Notes: generated by a model not told the origin, from the letters alone. 48,030 nt of DNA from Desulfobaccales bacterium (GCA_041740935.1 JBGSLA010000091.1:1-48030), one strand, 5' to 3'; counted from the stretch's first letter, positions 10,823 through 19,123 are shown. Numbers and translations: made by a program.

Positions 10823-12144
10823 CCTCTGAGCCGCCGCGCCTGTTGCTCATCAATCCCTGGATCTATGATGTGGCAGCCTATGACTTTTTTGCCCGGCCGA
10901 TGGGGCTGTTGTATCTGGCTGGTTTTCTCGGAGCCCAAGGTTTTTCGATCCGCCTGATTGACTGCCTGGCCGCGCCCCACGCCCGCAGCGGCCCCTTCGG
11001 CACCGGCCGCTATGCCAAACAAATCCTGCCTACGCCCCCGGCCCTGGCCGGCTTCCCCCGGCGCTACGGCCGCTACGGCATCTCTGAGGCCGCCTTCAAG
11101 GCAGAACTGGCCGACACCCCCCGCCCCGCCGCCATCCTGGTCACCTCTCTCATGACCTACTGGTATCCGGGGGTGGCCGCGGCCATCCGCCTGGCCCGAA
11201 AGCAGTTTCCAGATACCCCGGTGCTTCTGGGAGGCGTCTATGCCACCTTGTGCCCCGACCACGCCCGCGGCCACAGCGGCGCCGACCTGGTGATCACCGG
11301 GCCGGGGGAGGAGGCTATCCTGCAGCATCTGACCGCCGTTGTCGGCCATTCCCAGCCACCCTCGACCTCTCCCGATCCCGACGCTCTCCCCTATCCGGCC
11401 CTGCACCTGGCCCGGGGGCTCAGCTTCATCCCGGTGCTCACCTCCCGGGGCTGCCCCTTTGCCTGCGACTATTGCGCCTCCCGTCTGGTGGCGCCCCGCT
11501 ATCAGCGGCGCCTTCCTCTGGCGGTGGTGGAGGAACTTTTACACTGGCAGCAACGCCTCAATATCACCGAGGTGGCCTTCTACGACGACGCCCTGCTGGT
11601 TGACCCAGAACAGCACCTTTTGGTCATTCTGGAAGAACTGGCCCGCCGGGGCGCAGACTTTCGCTTCCACACCCCCAACGGCCTGCACGCCCGGTTCATC
11701 ACGCCGCAGGTGGCCCGCTGGCTGAAGCGGGCCGGTTTCGCCACCCTGCGCCTGGGGGTGGAGACCGCCGGGCCGGACACCGAGCGCCTGGACCAGAAAC
11801 TGGCCGAGGGGGAACTGGAAGCCGTGCTGCGCCATCTCCAGGAAGCCGGCTTCAGCCAAAAACAGTTGGGGGTCTATCTTCTCATCGGCCTGCCTTATCA
11901 GGACGACGCGGAAGTGGCCGGGTCCATCCGTCGGGTCAGGGAACTGGGGGCCACGCCGGTTTTGGCCCTCTACTCCCCCATCCCCGGCACCGCGCTCTGG
12001 CCCCGGGCCCTGGCCGCCTCCCCCTGCGACCTGGAAGGCGAACCCCTGTACCACAACAACTCCCTGTTCCCCTGCTGGCCCGCCTTCTCCTGGGAGCGCT
12101 ACACCCGCTTGAAACGCCTGGCCCAGGGGTTGGAAGTGTGTTAG
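10819..12144 (+). CDS. B12-binding domain radical SAM protein
   Basis: LLINPWIYD N-terminus, TSRGCPFACDYC CxxxCxxC, FYDDA, TPNGLH; ATG overlaps the tilS stop (ATGA). Confidence 0.92.
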   Translation: MTSEPPRLLLINPWIYDVAAYDFFARPMGLLYLAGFLGAQGFSIRLIDCLAAPHARSGPFGTGRYAKQILPTPPALAGFPRRYGRYGISEAAFKAELADTPRPAAILVTSLMTYWYPGVAAAIRLARKQFPDTPVLLGGVYATLCPDHARGHSGADLVITGPGEEAILQHLTAVVGHSQPPSTSPDPDALPYPALHLARGLSFIPVLTSRGCPFACDYCASRLVAPRYQRRLPLAVVEELLHWQQRLNITEVAFYDDALLVDPEQHLLVILEELARRGADFRFHTPNGLHARFITPQVARWLKRAGFATLRLGVETAGPDTERLDQKLAEGELEAVLRHLQEAGFSQKQLGVYLLIGLPYQDDAEVAGSIRRVRELGATPVLALYSPIPGTALWPRALAASPCDLEGEPLYHNNSLFPCWPAFSWERYTRLKRLAQGLEVC

Positions 12145-12145
12145 G

Positions 12146-12330
12146 ATGGTGGCGGAGGGCCGGGGAACGAAGTCCCCCCGCCTTCCCCCACACACCCTTC
12201 AAACCCTCTGTGTAGGGGCGGACCCGTTTGTCCGCCCTGGATTTAGGCCGCACACGCGGGTGCGCCCCTACGTGGATTGGGGGAGGGGGATTGGGGGAGG
12301 GGCTCGCCCCTTAGCCCCCTCCCCCCAACA
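12146..12330. repeat. REP-like palindrome cluster (GTAG doublet and G/C-run palindromes)
   Basis: GTAGGGGCGGACCCGTTTGTCCGCCC ... GGCCGCACACGCGGGTGCGCCCCTAC; TTGGGGGAGGGGG...CCCCCTCCCCCCAA. Confidence 0.8.
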
Positions 12331-12350
12331 ATTCGAATCCACCAATCACT

Positions 12351-13061
12351 ATGGGAACTTCAACAGCGCGGCGGGGGCCAGGCACCGCGGTTTGGCGGCT
12401 GGCCAAGGCCGCGGCCACCCGGTATCTGTCCCCGGAGGGCGGGGCCCCCATGAAGGCCCGGGAGGTGGTGCGCCGCTATGTCGCCGCCCTGGAAGATACT
12501 CAGGTTTCCCAGGGCCAGGACCTGTCGGCGGGGTTTCGTCTCACCCGCAAGGCGGCCCAATGTCTGGGGGAATTCGGCGACGCCGCGGCTGCCTCAGGGT
12601 TGGCGGCGGTGCTGGCCGCCTGGGGCCTGGCAGAGGCGGCCCGGTCTTCCCCCGAGGCGGCCGCTCTGGTCCTGGCCGCGGCCTGGGTGGAGGATGATGG
12701 AGGTCTCGAGGCCGCAGTGGCCCGAAGCGCGCTGGCAAAGGCTCTGAATCAGGTTTTGATTTCCGGGACCGACAACGCCTCCCTCCCGGACGGCCCTTCC
12801 CTGGTCCAGGCCTTTTTTGCCCATGCTCTGCACCAGCGCCTGGTCCTGGACCTGGGCGAATGCCTGGAGGCGGCCGCGCCCGGCTGGACGGAATTCAAAG
12901 CCGGGTTGGCGCGGCTGGCGGACGACATAAGCGCCACCGGGGCCGGGGCGGTTCCGGTGACCCCTCCCCCGGCCGGGCATTGGCAGGGCCTGGCCGGCTG
13001 GGTTTATGTCACCAAGCTCCTCGAACATCTGTGCCAGGGCCTGAAAAAGAATGATTCTTGA
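12351..13061 (+). CDS. qatB: QatB-like protein
   Basis: MGTS N-terminus; KAAATRY, GGLEAAVARSAL and FFAHALHQRLVLDLG segments resemble QatB as I recall it; directly upstream of a QatC-like gene. Confidence 0.8.
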   Translation: MGTSTARRGPGTAVWRLAKAAATRYLSPEGGAPMKAREVVRRYVAALEDTQVSQGQDLSAGFRLTRKAAQCLGEFGDAAAASGLAAVLAAWGLAEAARSSPEAAALVLAAAWVEDDGGLEAAVARSALAKALNQVLISGTDNASLPDGPSLVQAFFAHALHQRLVLDLGECLEAAAPGWTEFKAGLARLADDISATGAGAVPVTPPPAGHWQGLAGWVYVTKLLEHLCQGLKKNDS

Positions 13062-13187
13062 GCCTCTTACACAATGTAGCCGCAGGCTTCAGCCTGCGCT
13101 GGCACAAGCTTTCCAGCCTGTGCCAGCGGGGAATGATTTCTCTGTCATGAAAAACGCGCCTCTCTGGATGAATTTTGCAAGAGGCTC
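13060..13187. mobile_element. MITE with GAGCCTCTT(A/G)CA terminal inverted repeats, copy 1
   Basis: GAGCCTCTTACA...TGCAAGAGGCTC ends; internal REP-like GTAGCCGCAGGCTTCAGCCTGCG. Confidence 0.75.
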
Positions 13188-13306
13188 TTCATTTTCGAAA
13201 TCTTTAATGTGGAGCAGGCGCCCTCGCCTGTTCGTCAAAAGAACAGCCGGCCGCAGCTGTTCTACATTTTGGGCTTCCTTATAATTTAGAGACCGCGCTC
13301 AAAAGA

Positions 13307-14698
13307 ATGACACCTCTTAAGGTCAAAACGAACAGAAAAGGCGGTTCCCCACCGAGACCTTTCTGGCTGCACCTCAAGGCCCCGGGAGAACGCCGCCGCC
13401 CTCCCCCAAAGGCTGACGCAGTGGTTCACCTTGAAGGGCCGCAGACCCCAGGCCTTTGTCTCCACCATAACTTTCGCGACCTCTGGCCCCTGCCTGCTGA
13501 CCAGAAAGACCAGGTTTTGGGGTTTCTCCTGTTCGCCCTGGGAGCCTGGAGTGCGGACAAACTGTCCCCCCGGCGGGCCCAACCGGACGCCTGGTCCCGG
13601 GAATTCGTGGTGGATCTCCCCGTCACCCCCGCCTGGGCCAATCTCGCCCCGGAGATGGCCTCCCTGCTCAATTTCCTCACCGGCGACGCCTGGACCATCA
13701 AACCCCGGGAAGCCAGGATTGATTTAGAATTCGTGGAAATCTGGCCTCACCCCTGGCAGCCCACCGCCGCGGCCCTGTTTTCCGGCGGGCTGGATTCCCT
13801 CATCGGCGCCATCGATCTTTTGGAGCAGGGCCACCGCCTGGTCCTGGTCAGCCACTATGACTATGGGCAGCTGGCCGCGGGCCAACAATCCCTGGCCGCG
13901 GGGCTCATCCGGCATTACGGCCCGGAGCGTCTGGTTCACCTGGCCCTCAGGGTCCAGTTCGAGGGTCCCGAACTCACCCTGCGGAGCCGCTCTCTCCTGT
14001 ATGTGGCCCTGGGCTTGACTGCGGTCAGCGCCTTTCCCGGAAGCCTGCCCCTTTTCATCCCCGAAAACGGCTGGATCAGCCTCAATCCGCCGCTCACCCT
14101 GAACCGCCTCGGGGCCTACAGCACCCGCACCACGCACCCCCATTTTATGAAAGGCTTGGCGGCCCTTTGGCGGCAGGCCGGGCTTTCCCAGGAACTGCAC
14201 AATCCTTACGGAGAGATGACCAAGGGGGAGATGGCGGCCCGCTGCGCCAATCCGGGGCTGCTGGAGAAGCTGGCCCCCCTGAGCCTCTCCTGCGCCCGGC
14301 CGGTGGCGGGCCGTTGGCAAAAAGAGCCCGCCGGGGCCTGCGGCTATTGCTACCCCTGTCTGGTGCGCCGGGCGGCGCTGCACCGCCTGGGGTGGGACCG
14401 GGGCGGGGATTACCGGGTGGATGTTTTGGCCGGCCCTGAAATGCTGCGCCATCGGGTCAAGGGGCGCCATCTCCGGGCGGTCTGCCTGGCCCTGAAAACC
14501 TGGCAGGAAAATCCCCGGGGGCTCCTGGCGCGGCTGCACCTGGGCCGGGGGGAACCCCAGGAACTTGCGGCTCAGACCAGTGCGGCCACACGGGTTCTTA
14601 AGGCCGGCCTGGCCGAACTGGAGGCCTGGATCAGGGAGCAGGGGAAAGGGGTAATCGAGGACTTCCTCGGGGAGAAGGGCGGATTTGTCGAGGCATAA
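13307..14698 (+). CDS. qatC: QueC-like protein of Qat type
   Basis: LFSGGLDSLIGAIDLL PP-loop, LVSH, RSRS, ENGWISLNPPL...STRTTHP, TKGEM, SC...CGYCYPCLVRRAA Zn site; 463 aa, much longer than canonical QueC. Confidence 0.9.
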   Translation: MTPLKVKTNRKGGSPPRPFWLHLKAPGERRRPPPKADAVVHLEGPQTPGLCLHHNFRDLWPLPADQKDQVLGFLLFALGAWSADKLSPRRAQPDAWSREFVVDLPVTPAWANLAPEMASLLNFLTGDAWTIKPREARIDLEFVEIWPHPWQPTAAALFSGGLDSLIGAIDLLEQGHRLVLVSHYDYGQLAAGQQSLAAGLIRHYGPERLVHLALRVQFEGPELTLRSRSLLYVALGLTAVSAFPGSLPLFIPENGWISLNPPLTLNRLGAYSTRTTHPHFMKGLAALWRQAGLSQELHNPYGEMTKGEMAARCANPGLLEKLAPLSLSCARPVAGRWQKEPAGACGYCYPCLVRRAALHRLGWDRGGDYRVDVLAGPEMLRHRVKGRHLRAVCLALKTWQENPRGLLARLHLGRGEPQELAAQTSAATRVLKAGLAELEAWIREQGKGVIEDFLGEKGGFVEA

Positions 14699-14754
14699 TC
14701 GGAGCGGGCCTCTCGCCCGCTGCGGGATATCCACCTGCCCGGCAGGAAAATTTC

Positions 14755-15189
14755 CTGTCTTGAAAAGTCCCCCGTAGGGCGCGTCTTACGCGCCGCAAAA
14801 TGGTGCGTGAGACGCACCCTACAGAGCTTTGACGCCAATCAGACGATGTTTGGCGGCGGGCAGTGCCCGCCCTACGCGAGTTTTCATGCTTTGCGGGTGA
14901 GCCGTAGGCTCATGAGAAACTGTGATGAAAAGTTTTTTTTGTGGGCGAGGGGGTTCCCACGGGCTGGAAGCCCGTGCTACCGGGGTTGGGAGGCCTTTGC
15001 AGCTTTCCCCACGCCCCCTTCCCCACCCCCTGAACCGGGAGCACTGGCTTTGTGCCTGTGCGGCACAGGCAAGATGCCTGTGGTCCCGGTTTAAAAACAA
15101 GGTCCGGGGGGCCAGCACCACTCCCCCGGCCCTCCCCCCAGATCTCTTTTTCATGCTTTGCGGGTGAGTCGGAGGCCCATGAAGACCTG
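14755..15189 (+). mobile_element. Two tandem CTG-cassettes with different REP cargo (junction 14881-14932)
   Basis: CTG-TCTTGAAAAGT [GTAG REPs] TTTTCATGCTTTGCGGGTGAGCCGTAGGCTCATGA-GAAA-CTG-TGATGAAAAGT [cargo] TTTTCATGCTTTGCGGGTGAGTCGGAGGCCCATGA-AGAC-CTG. Confidence 0.8.
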
Positions 15190-15209
15190 TTCCTGTGGGG
15201 AAATTCCTC

Positions 15210-15240
15210 AAAAAAAAGCCCCCCTGTACCAGGAAGGCTT
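15210..15240 (-). terminator. Intrinsic terminator after the tadG-like gene
   Basis: Minus strand AAGCCTTCCTG-GTA-CAGGGGGGCTT stem (G-U pairs) followed by a U run. Confidence 0.75.
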
Positions 15241-15285
15241 GGGGTTCCGGATGGGGATTTCCCCCACCCGGGTTGTGGATTCGGA

Positions 15286-16626
15286 TTATTTAACCAGATA
15301 GGGCACCGACGCGAAGTTCCCCACATTGCTGGCGGAGGGGTTCATGTCCTGATAGCTCCGCTCCACCGGGGTGGGCTTGGCGCTCTGGTCGTAAGACACA
15401 AAGTTTTGGTTTAAAGGGACTTCCACCTGCATGTAGCACTTCTGGTAGCAGCTGCGGTTATCCGGATAGGCGTAATTTTTGCAGGTGGTGTCCCAGGCGC
15501 CGTCGCCGTTGTAATCACAGAGCACTTTCTTGATGTCCAGGGTGACAAAGCCCTGGACCCAGACCGCGGGTGAGGTGTAGGAGGCGCAGGCGTAGGCCGC
15601 GGTCGGTCCCGGCAGCAGGCGCTGGGCCAGCTTCAGCCAGGAGTTGGGGGTGGGCGCCGCGGCCAGCGGGTTGGAGGTGCCGTACACCGCCACGGTGACG
15701 CGCCACTTGCCGGTGGCCGGGTCTTTTTCGGCGTTGAACCGGTTTTTCATGTAATTGAAGTTGTCATACACGTTGCTGGCCCAGCGGTACTCACTGATGG
15801 GGTACACTTTCTGGCCGGTTTGCACCTGGGGATAGCGCAGTCCTCCCAGGTCCTGCCCCTTGATGTACTTCTGGAGCTTGCTGAGGTCAGTGCGCTCTCC
15901 GTACAGGGGCATGATGAAGGTGCCCCGGGAGGTGTCCAGGGTGTCGCCGCCCAGGTCCTTCCAGGTGTAGGGCTGGGGGTCGGCGGCGATGGCCGGCCGG
16001 GGCAGCAGCCAATCCAGCAAAGGATTGGTGCGGACGTACGGGGACTGCCCCGCCGGGTAGTTGGCGGGCACCCCGAAGGGGACGGACAGGGAACTGGTCC
16101 CGGCGAGCCCCAGATAGGCCACCGCGGTGGCCGCGGTGTTCATGGTGGCACTGCCGCCCACCATGCTGCCGAAGGTGGCGCCGAGGCTGGGATTATCCGT
16201 GCCGTCCCGGCGCACCGTGACCTGGATGGCGGTCACATCCATGGGATTGGCGGAGCAGCCGGTGCGGGTAAAGGTGCCCGTGGTGAGATTCCACTGTCCC
16301 ACGGTGACGTCGGCCCCGGTGACCGTCATGGCGGCCCCGGAGGACTGGTTCTCCGCGGCAATGGCCTGGGCCGTGGTTATGGCCTCGCTGCAATACACTG
16401 CGGCCAGACCCGGGTTGGCGGGATCCTTAGCCTGTATGAGCTTTTTGGCCCCGGCCAGTGCCGCGGCGTCGGCGACGTTCTGGAGCTCGTTTTTCCCCAC
16501 AAACAGCTGCCCCAAATCGACCGTCAGAGCCATTAATCCCAAAGCCATGGCCATACTTACGGCCAGGATGGGAGTAATGGCGCCTCTCTCCTGGGGAGAG
16601 CCGCGGCAGGTTCGAGTTTTCAGCAT
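15286..16626 (-). CDS. TadG-like Flp pilus assembly protein
   Basis: ERGAI prepilin-like cleavage site, TM helix, VDLG...ELQNVADAAALAGA; Cys-rich C-terminus; GGAGG RBS. Confidence 0.88.
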   Translation of the reverse strand: MLKTRTCRGSPQERGAITPILAVSMAMALGLMALTVDLGQLFVGKNELQNVADAAALAGAKKLIQAKDPANPGLAAVYCSEAITTAQAIAAENQSSGAAMTVTGADVTVGQWNLTTGTFTRTGCSANPMDVTAIQVTVRRDGTDNPSLGATFGSMVGGSATMNTAATAVAYLGLAGTSSLSVPFGVPANYPAGQSPYVRTNPLLDWLLPRPAIAADPQPYTWKDLGGDTLDTSRGTFIMPLYGERTDLSKLQKYIKGQDLGGLRYPQVQTGQKVYPISEYRWASNVYDNFNYMKNRFNAEKDPATGKWRVTVAVYGTSNPLAAAPTPNSWLKLAQRLLPGPTAAYACASYTSPAVWVQGFVTLDIKKVLCDYNGDGAWDTTCKNYAYPDNRSCYQKCYMQVEVPLNQNFVSYDQSAKPTPVERSYQDMNPSASNVGNFASVPYLVK

Positions 16627-16689
16627 ACGCTTAACCTCCTTGGCGATATGAGTTTAAGCCCGGGGAGCTGTGCTGCGCCTCCCGGGTCC

Positions 16690-17202
16690 CTAAGGGCTTG
16701 GCGCCGTGGACCACTCGGCTGCCATGCTCGTTTGGGCATCCAGTAGAATAACGTTGTCCCCCGAAGTGCGGGGCACCCCCACCAAAGCCTTGGCGCTGGG
16801 CAGCAGCAGGAGCTGACAGGGAATTTGGTTAAGGTTGACGGTCAGGACGGTGCCCGAGGCGGTGGTGGTCCAGTCGTAGGTAAAATTGCCGCTGTTCAGG
16901 ACCAGATTGCTGCCGTCCAGGTTCTTGAGGGCGAACTGGTTCAGGTAATTCTGCACCACCGTTTTCACTTCGGATTGGGTCATGTCCGCGGTCACGGCGG
17001 TACCGGTGTCCACGGCCTTGGCTGCGGCCCTGGCCCCCTCCCGGGCGGCGTTGGTGATGACGTGCTTCTCCCAGAACAACATCCCCAGGTCAAAAACCCC
17101 GGCGACCAGCAGGAGAAACACCGGTATAGCCAGGGCCATTTCCACCGTGATATTGCCCTGTTCCCGGTGGTTCCGGGGGCCGCTGAGCCTGTTGATTCGC
17201 AT
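16690..17202 (-). CDS. TadE-like pseudopilin
   Basis: QGNITVEMAL (G/xxxxE) motif, TM helix, NAAREGAR; start placed at ATG 17202 after a GAAGGGG RBS. Confidence 0.9.
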   Translation of the reverse strand: MRINRLSGPRNHREQGNITVEMALAIPVFLLLVAGVFDLGMLFWEKHVITNAAREGARAAAKAVDTGTAVTADMTQSEVKTVVQNYLNQFALKNLDGSNLVLNSGNFTYDWTTTASGTVLTVNLNQIPCQLLLLPSAKALVGVPRTSGDNVILLDAQTSMAAEWSTAPSP

Positions 17203-17478
17203 GGCTGTCCCCTTCATAACCAAGAAATCGCGCCGGTCTTGGTCCTGCCGGCAAAAACCCTGGCGGCCGGGTGTGGTCCAGGCCGCCAGCGGTTTCCCCG
17301 GACCACGCCCCGCCTCGCCGGTCAAGCCCCGTGGGGGGGAAGTCCGGCTCGTCCTGGAAAAAAGAAGCAATGAGCGTGCCACCCCCGGCTGAGGGTTCGT
17401 CCGTCCGGGAGAAGAATCACCGGGGCGCCAAAGGCAGGTCGACAAGGGGAGGTGCAAGGGGGAGGGCTGGGAAGCTTA

Positions 17479-17571
17479 TCACTTCGGCAGCCCCGCTACC
17501 CTGGCCCGCAGGCTGTAGGTCGGAAACTTTGCGTCCTACCCTTTCGGCGTAGTTTGCCTTTGTCGGTGACC
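17479..17571 (-). ncRNA. Cyclic di-GMP-I (GEMM-I) riboswitch
   Basis: Minus strand GGUCACCGACAAAGGCAAACUAC-GCCGAAAGG-GUAGGACGCAAAGUUUCCGACCUAC...GGUAGCGGGGCUGCCGAAGUGA matches the GGCAAAC/GAAA/GACGCAAAG/GGGGYURCCGA consensus. Confidence 0.95.
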
Positions 17572-17690
17572 TGATAGTTCTTCGTTGTGCTTATCGGCTT
17601 TCGAGGAGGGAAACATTAATTGGGAGCCGGGCCTTCTTGTGGGGAAGATGAAACATCTGTCCGATTTTTTGGACAGGCGCAAAAAATGTC

Positions 17691-17951
17691 TCAATTTTCG
17701 GAAAATTCCTGAAACAGGCGGCCAGGATACTCCGTGGTCAGGCGGGCCGCCAGACGGTAGTGCAGATCCCAGGCCTCGTCTTTGGTGCGGGTTTCCACGG
17801 TCAATTCCGGCTTGCTCAGCGTCTTGGGAGCATAGAGAAAGGTGGCGGCAAACACCGCAGTCTCAAACAGGGCCTCTCCCTTCCGGATGGTGGAAACCAG
17901 ATAACGCTGGCGGGTGTGGCGGTTTTTTACTTTGTTGAACAGCCCTTTCAT
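17691..17951 (-). CDS. Hypothetical protein (86 aa)
   Basis: Protein-like composition, fills a gap, co-oriented with the upstream carboxypeptidase. Confidence 0.7.
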   Translation of the reverse strand: MKGLFNKVKNRHTRQRYLVSTIRKGEALFETAVFAATFLYAPKTLSKPELTVETRTKDEAWDLHYRLAARLTTEYPGRLFQEFSEN

Positions 17952-18076
17952 GGGTTTGAGCCTGACGGGGGCGGTGGTCGGTCAACCTGAGGCCCGGGCG
18001 GCGCCGGGGATGGCCCGGCCACCGGGCCCCACGGCCCCAGGCCGGGAGGACCTGCAGGCTTTTTTCCGCCCCTCCT

Positions 18077-19123
18077 TTACTTTTTGTGAGATTTTTTCTT
18101 CTCCGGCGCCCCGGCCAAAGAACTCAGGGAAACCTGGGAATTATTCTTTCCTGTGGGGACCCTGGCTTTTTTTCGATACACCCGTTTTTTCTTTTTGGGT
18201 TTTGATTTGACTTCGGTCACGGGCACGCTGTTGCCCCAATGTTTTTTGGCAAAGCGGAGCTTTTCCTCTTTGGCTTCCAGCTTGGCGACGGGCTTGCCGC
18301 TCAAGGCGAAGCCCTTTTCAATGAGGGTGCGCAGGTCGGCCCATTTCTTTTTGCTGCCCATGAGGGAGATGATGATGGCCTTGTCCTGATTCTGAAACAT
18401 GCCCACATAGGTGTGCTGGGAGGCCCGGGTGTAGCCGGTTTTGCCCCCCTTGGCATAGGGGATGGTGAACAGAAAGCGGTCATGGTTGCGGAGTTCGCGC
18501 TCACCCTGGATTTCGTAGGTTTTGGTGCCGATGATGCGGGCGAACTCCGGGTCCTGCATGGCCCGGCGGAAGATGATGGCCAGATCCTCGGCGGAGGAGT
18601 ACTGGTTTTCCTTGGGCAGGCCGTTGGCGGTGGCCACCGTGGTGCGATAGGCGCCCCACTGGCGCACCTGCTGGGTGAGCTTTTGGGTGAAGGTCTCTTC
18701 GCTGCCCGCGGCCTTTTCCGCCAGGGCCCGGGCCCCGTCGTTGGCCGAGGACAACAAGAGGGCATACAGCAGTTCCTTCACCGTGTAGGTTTCCCCCGGC
18801 TTGATGTTGATCTTGGAAGGGGGCGCGGCCGCGGCATAGGCGCTGACCTTCACCTGGTCGTCCAGCTTCAGGTGGTCCAGGACGTACTTGGCGGTCATCA
18901 CCTTGATGGTGCTGGCCGGCGGCAGCATCAGTTGGGGGTTGAGGGCCAAGAGGGTCCTGCCGGTTTCTGCGTCCATGATCACAAAGGCCCGGGCCGTGAC
19001 CTCCCATTCCTCCTGGGCGGCGGCAGACCACGGGGCAAGCAGGGCCAAAAGGCCGGCGAGGCCCAAGGTCAGCCACCACATTCCCCATTTCCCCCTCCTG
19101 CCAGAACGCGCTGCTCTCCCCAC
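18077..19123 (-). CDS. D-alanyl-D-alanine carboxypeptidase (peptidase S11)
   Basis: Signal peptide, PASTIK (SxxK), SAN (SxN), KTG; Lys-rich tail. Confidence 0.93.
   Translation of the reverse strand: MGRAARSGRRGKWGMWWLTLGLAGLLALLAPWSAAAQEEWEVTARAFVIMDAETGRTLLALNPQLMLPPASTIKVMTAKYVLDHLKLDDQVKVSAYAAAAPPSKINIKPGETYTVKELLYALLLSSANDGARALAEKAAGSEETFTQKLTQQVRQWGAYRTTVATANGLPKENQYSSAEDLAIIFRRAMQDPEFARIIGTKTYEIQGERELRNHDRFLFTIPYAKGGKTGYTRASQHTYVGMFQNQDKAIIISLMGSKKKWADLRTLIEKGFALSGKPVAKLEAKEEKLRFAKKHWGNSVPVTEVKSKPKKKKRVYRKKARVPTGKNNSQVSLSSLAGAPEKKKSHKK

Noticed and set aside
13307-14698. Canonical queuosine biosynthesis queC
   Set aside because: About twice the canonical length, has Qat-type motifs and a QatB-like neighbour, and no queD/queE/queF is nearby
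14755-15189. CRISPR array or integron attC array
   Set aside because: Intervening segments are long, variable and made of REP palindromes; no RYYYAAC/GTTRRRY boxes, no cas or intI, and no ORF cassettes
16690-17457. Extended 255-aa version of tadE
   Set aside because: The extension runs through the riboswitch leader; the RBS and prepilin motif support the start at 17202
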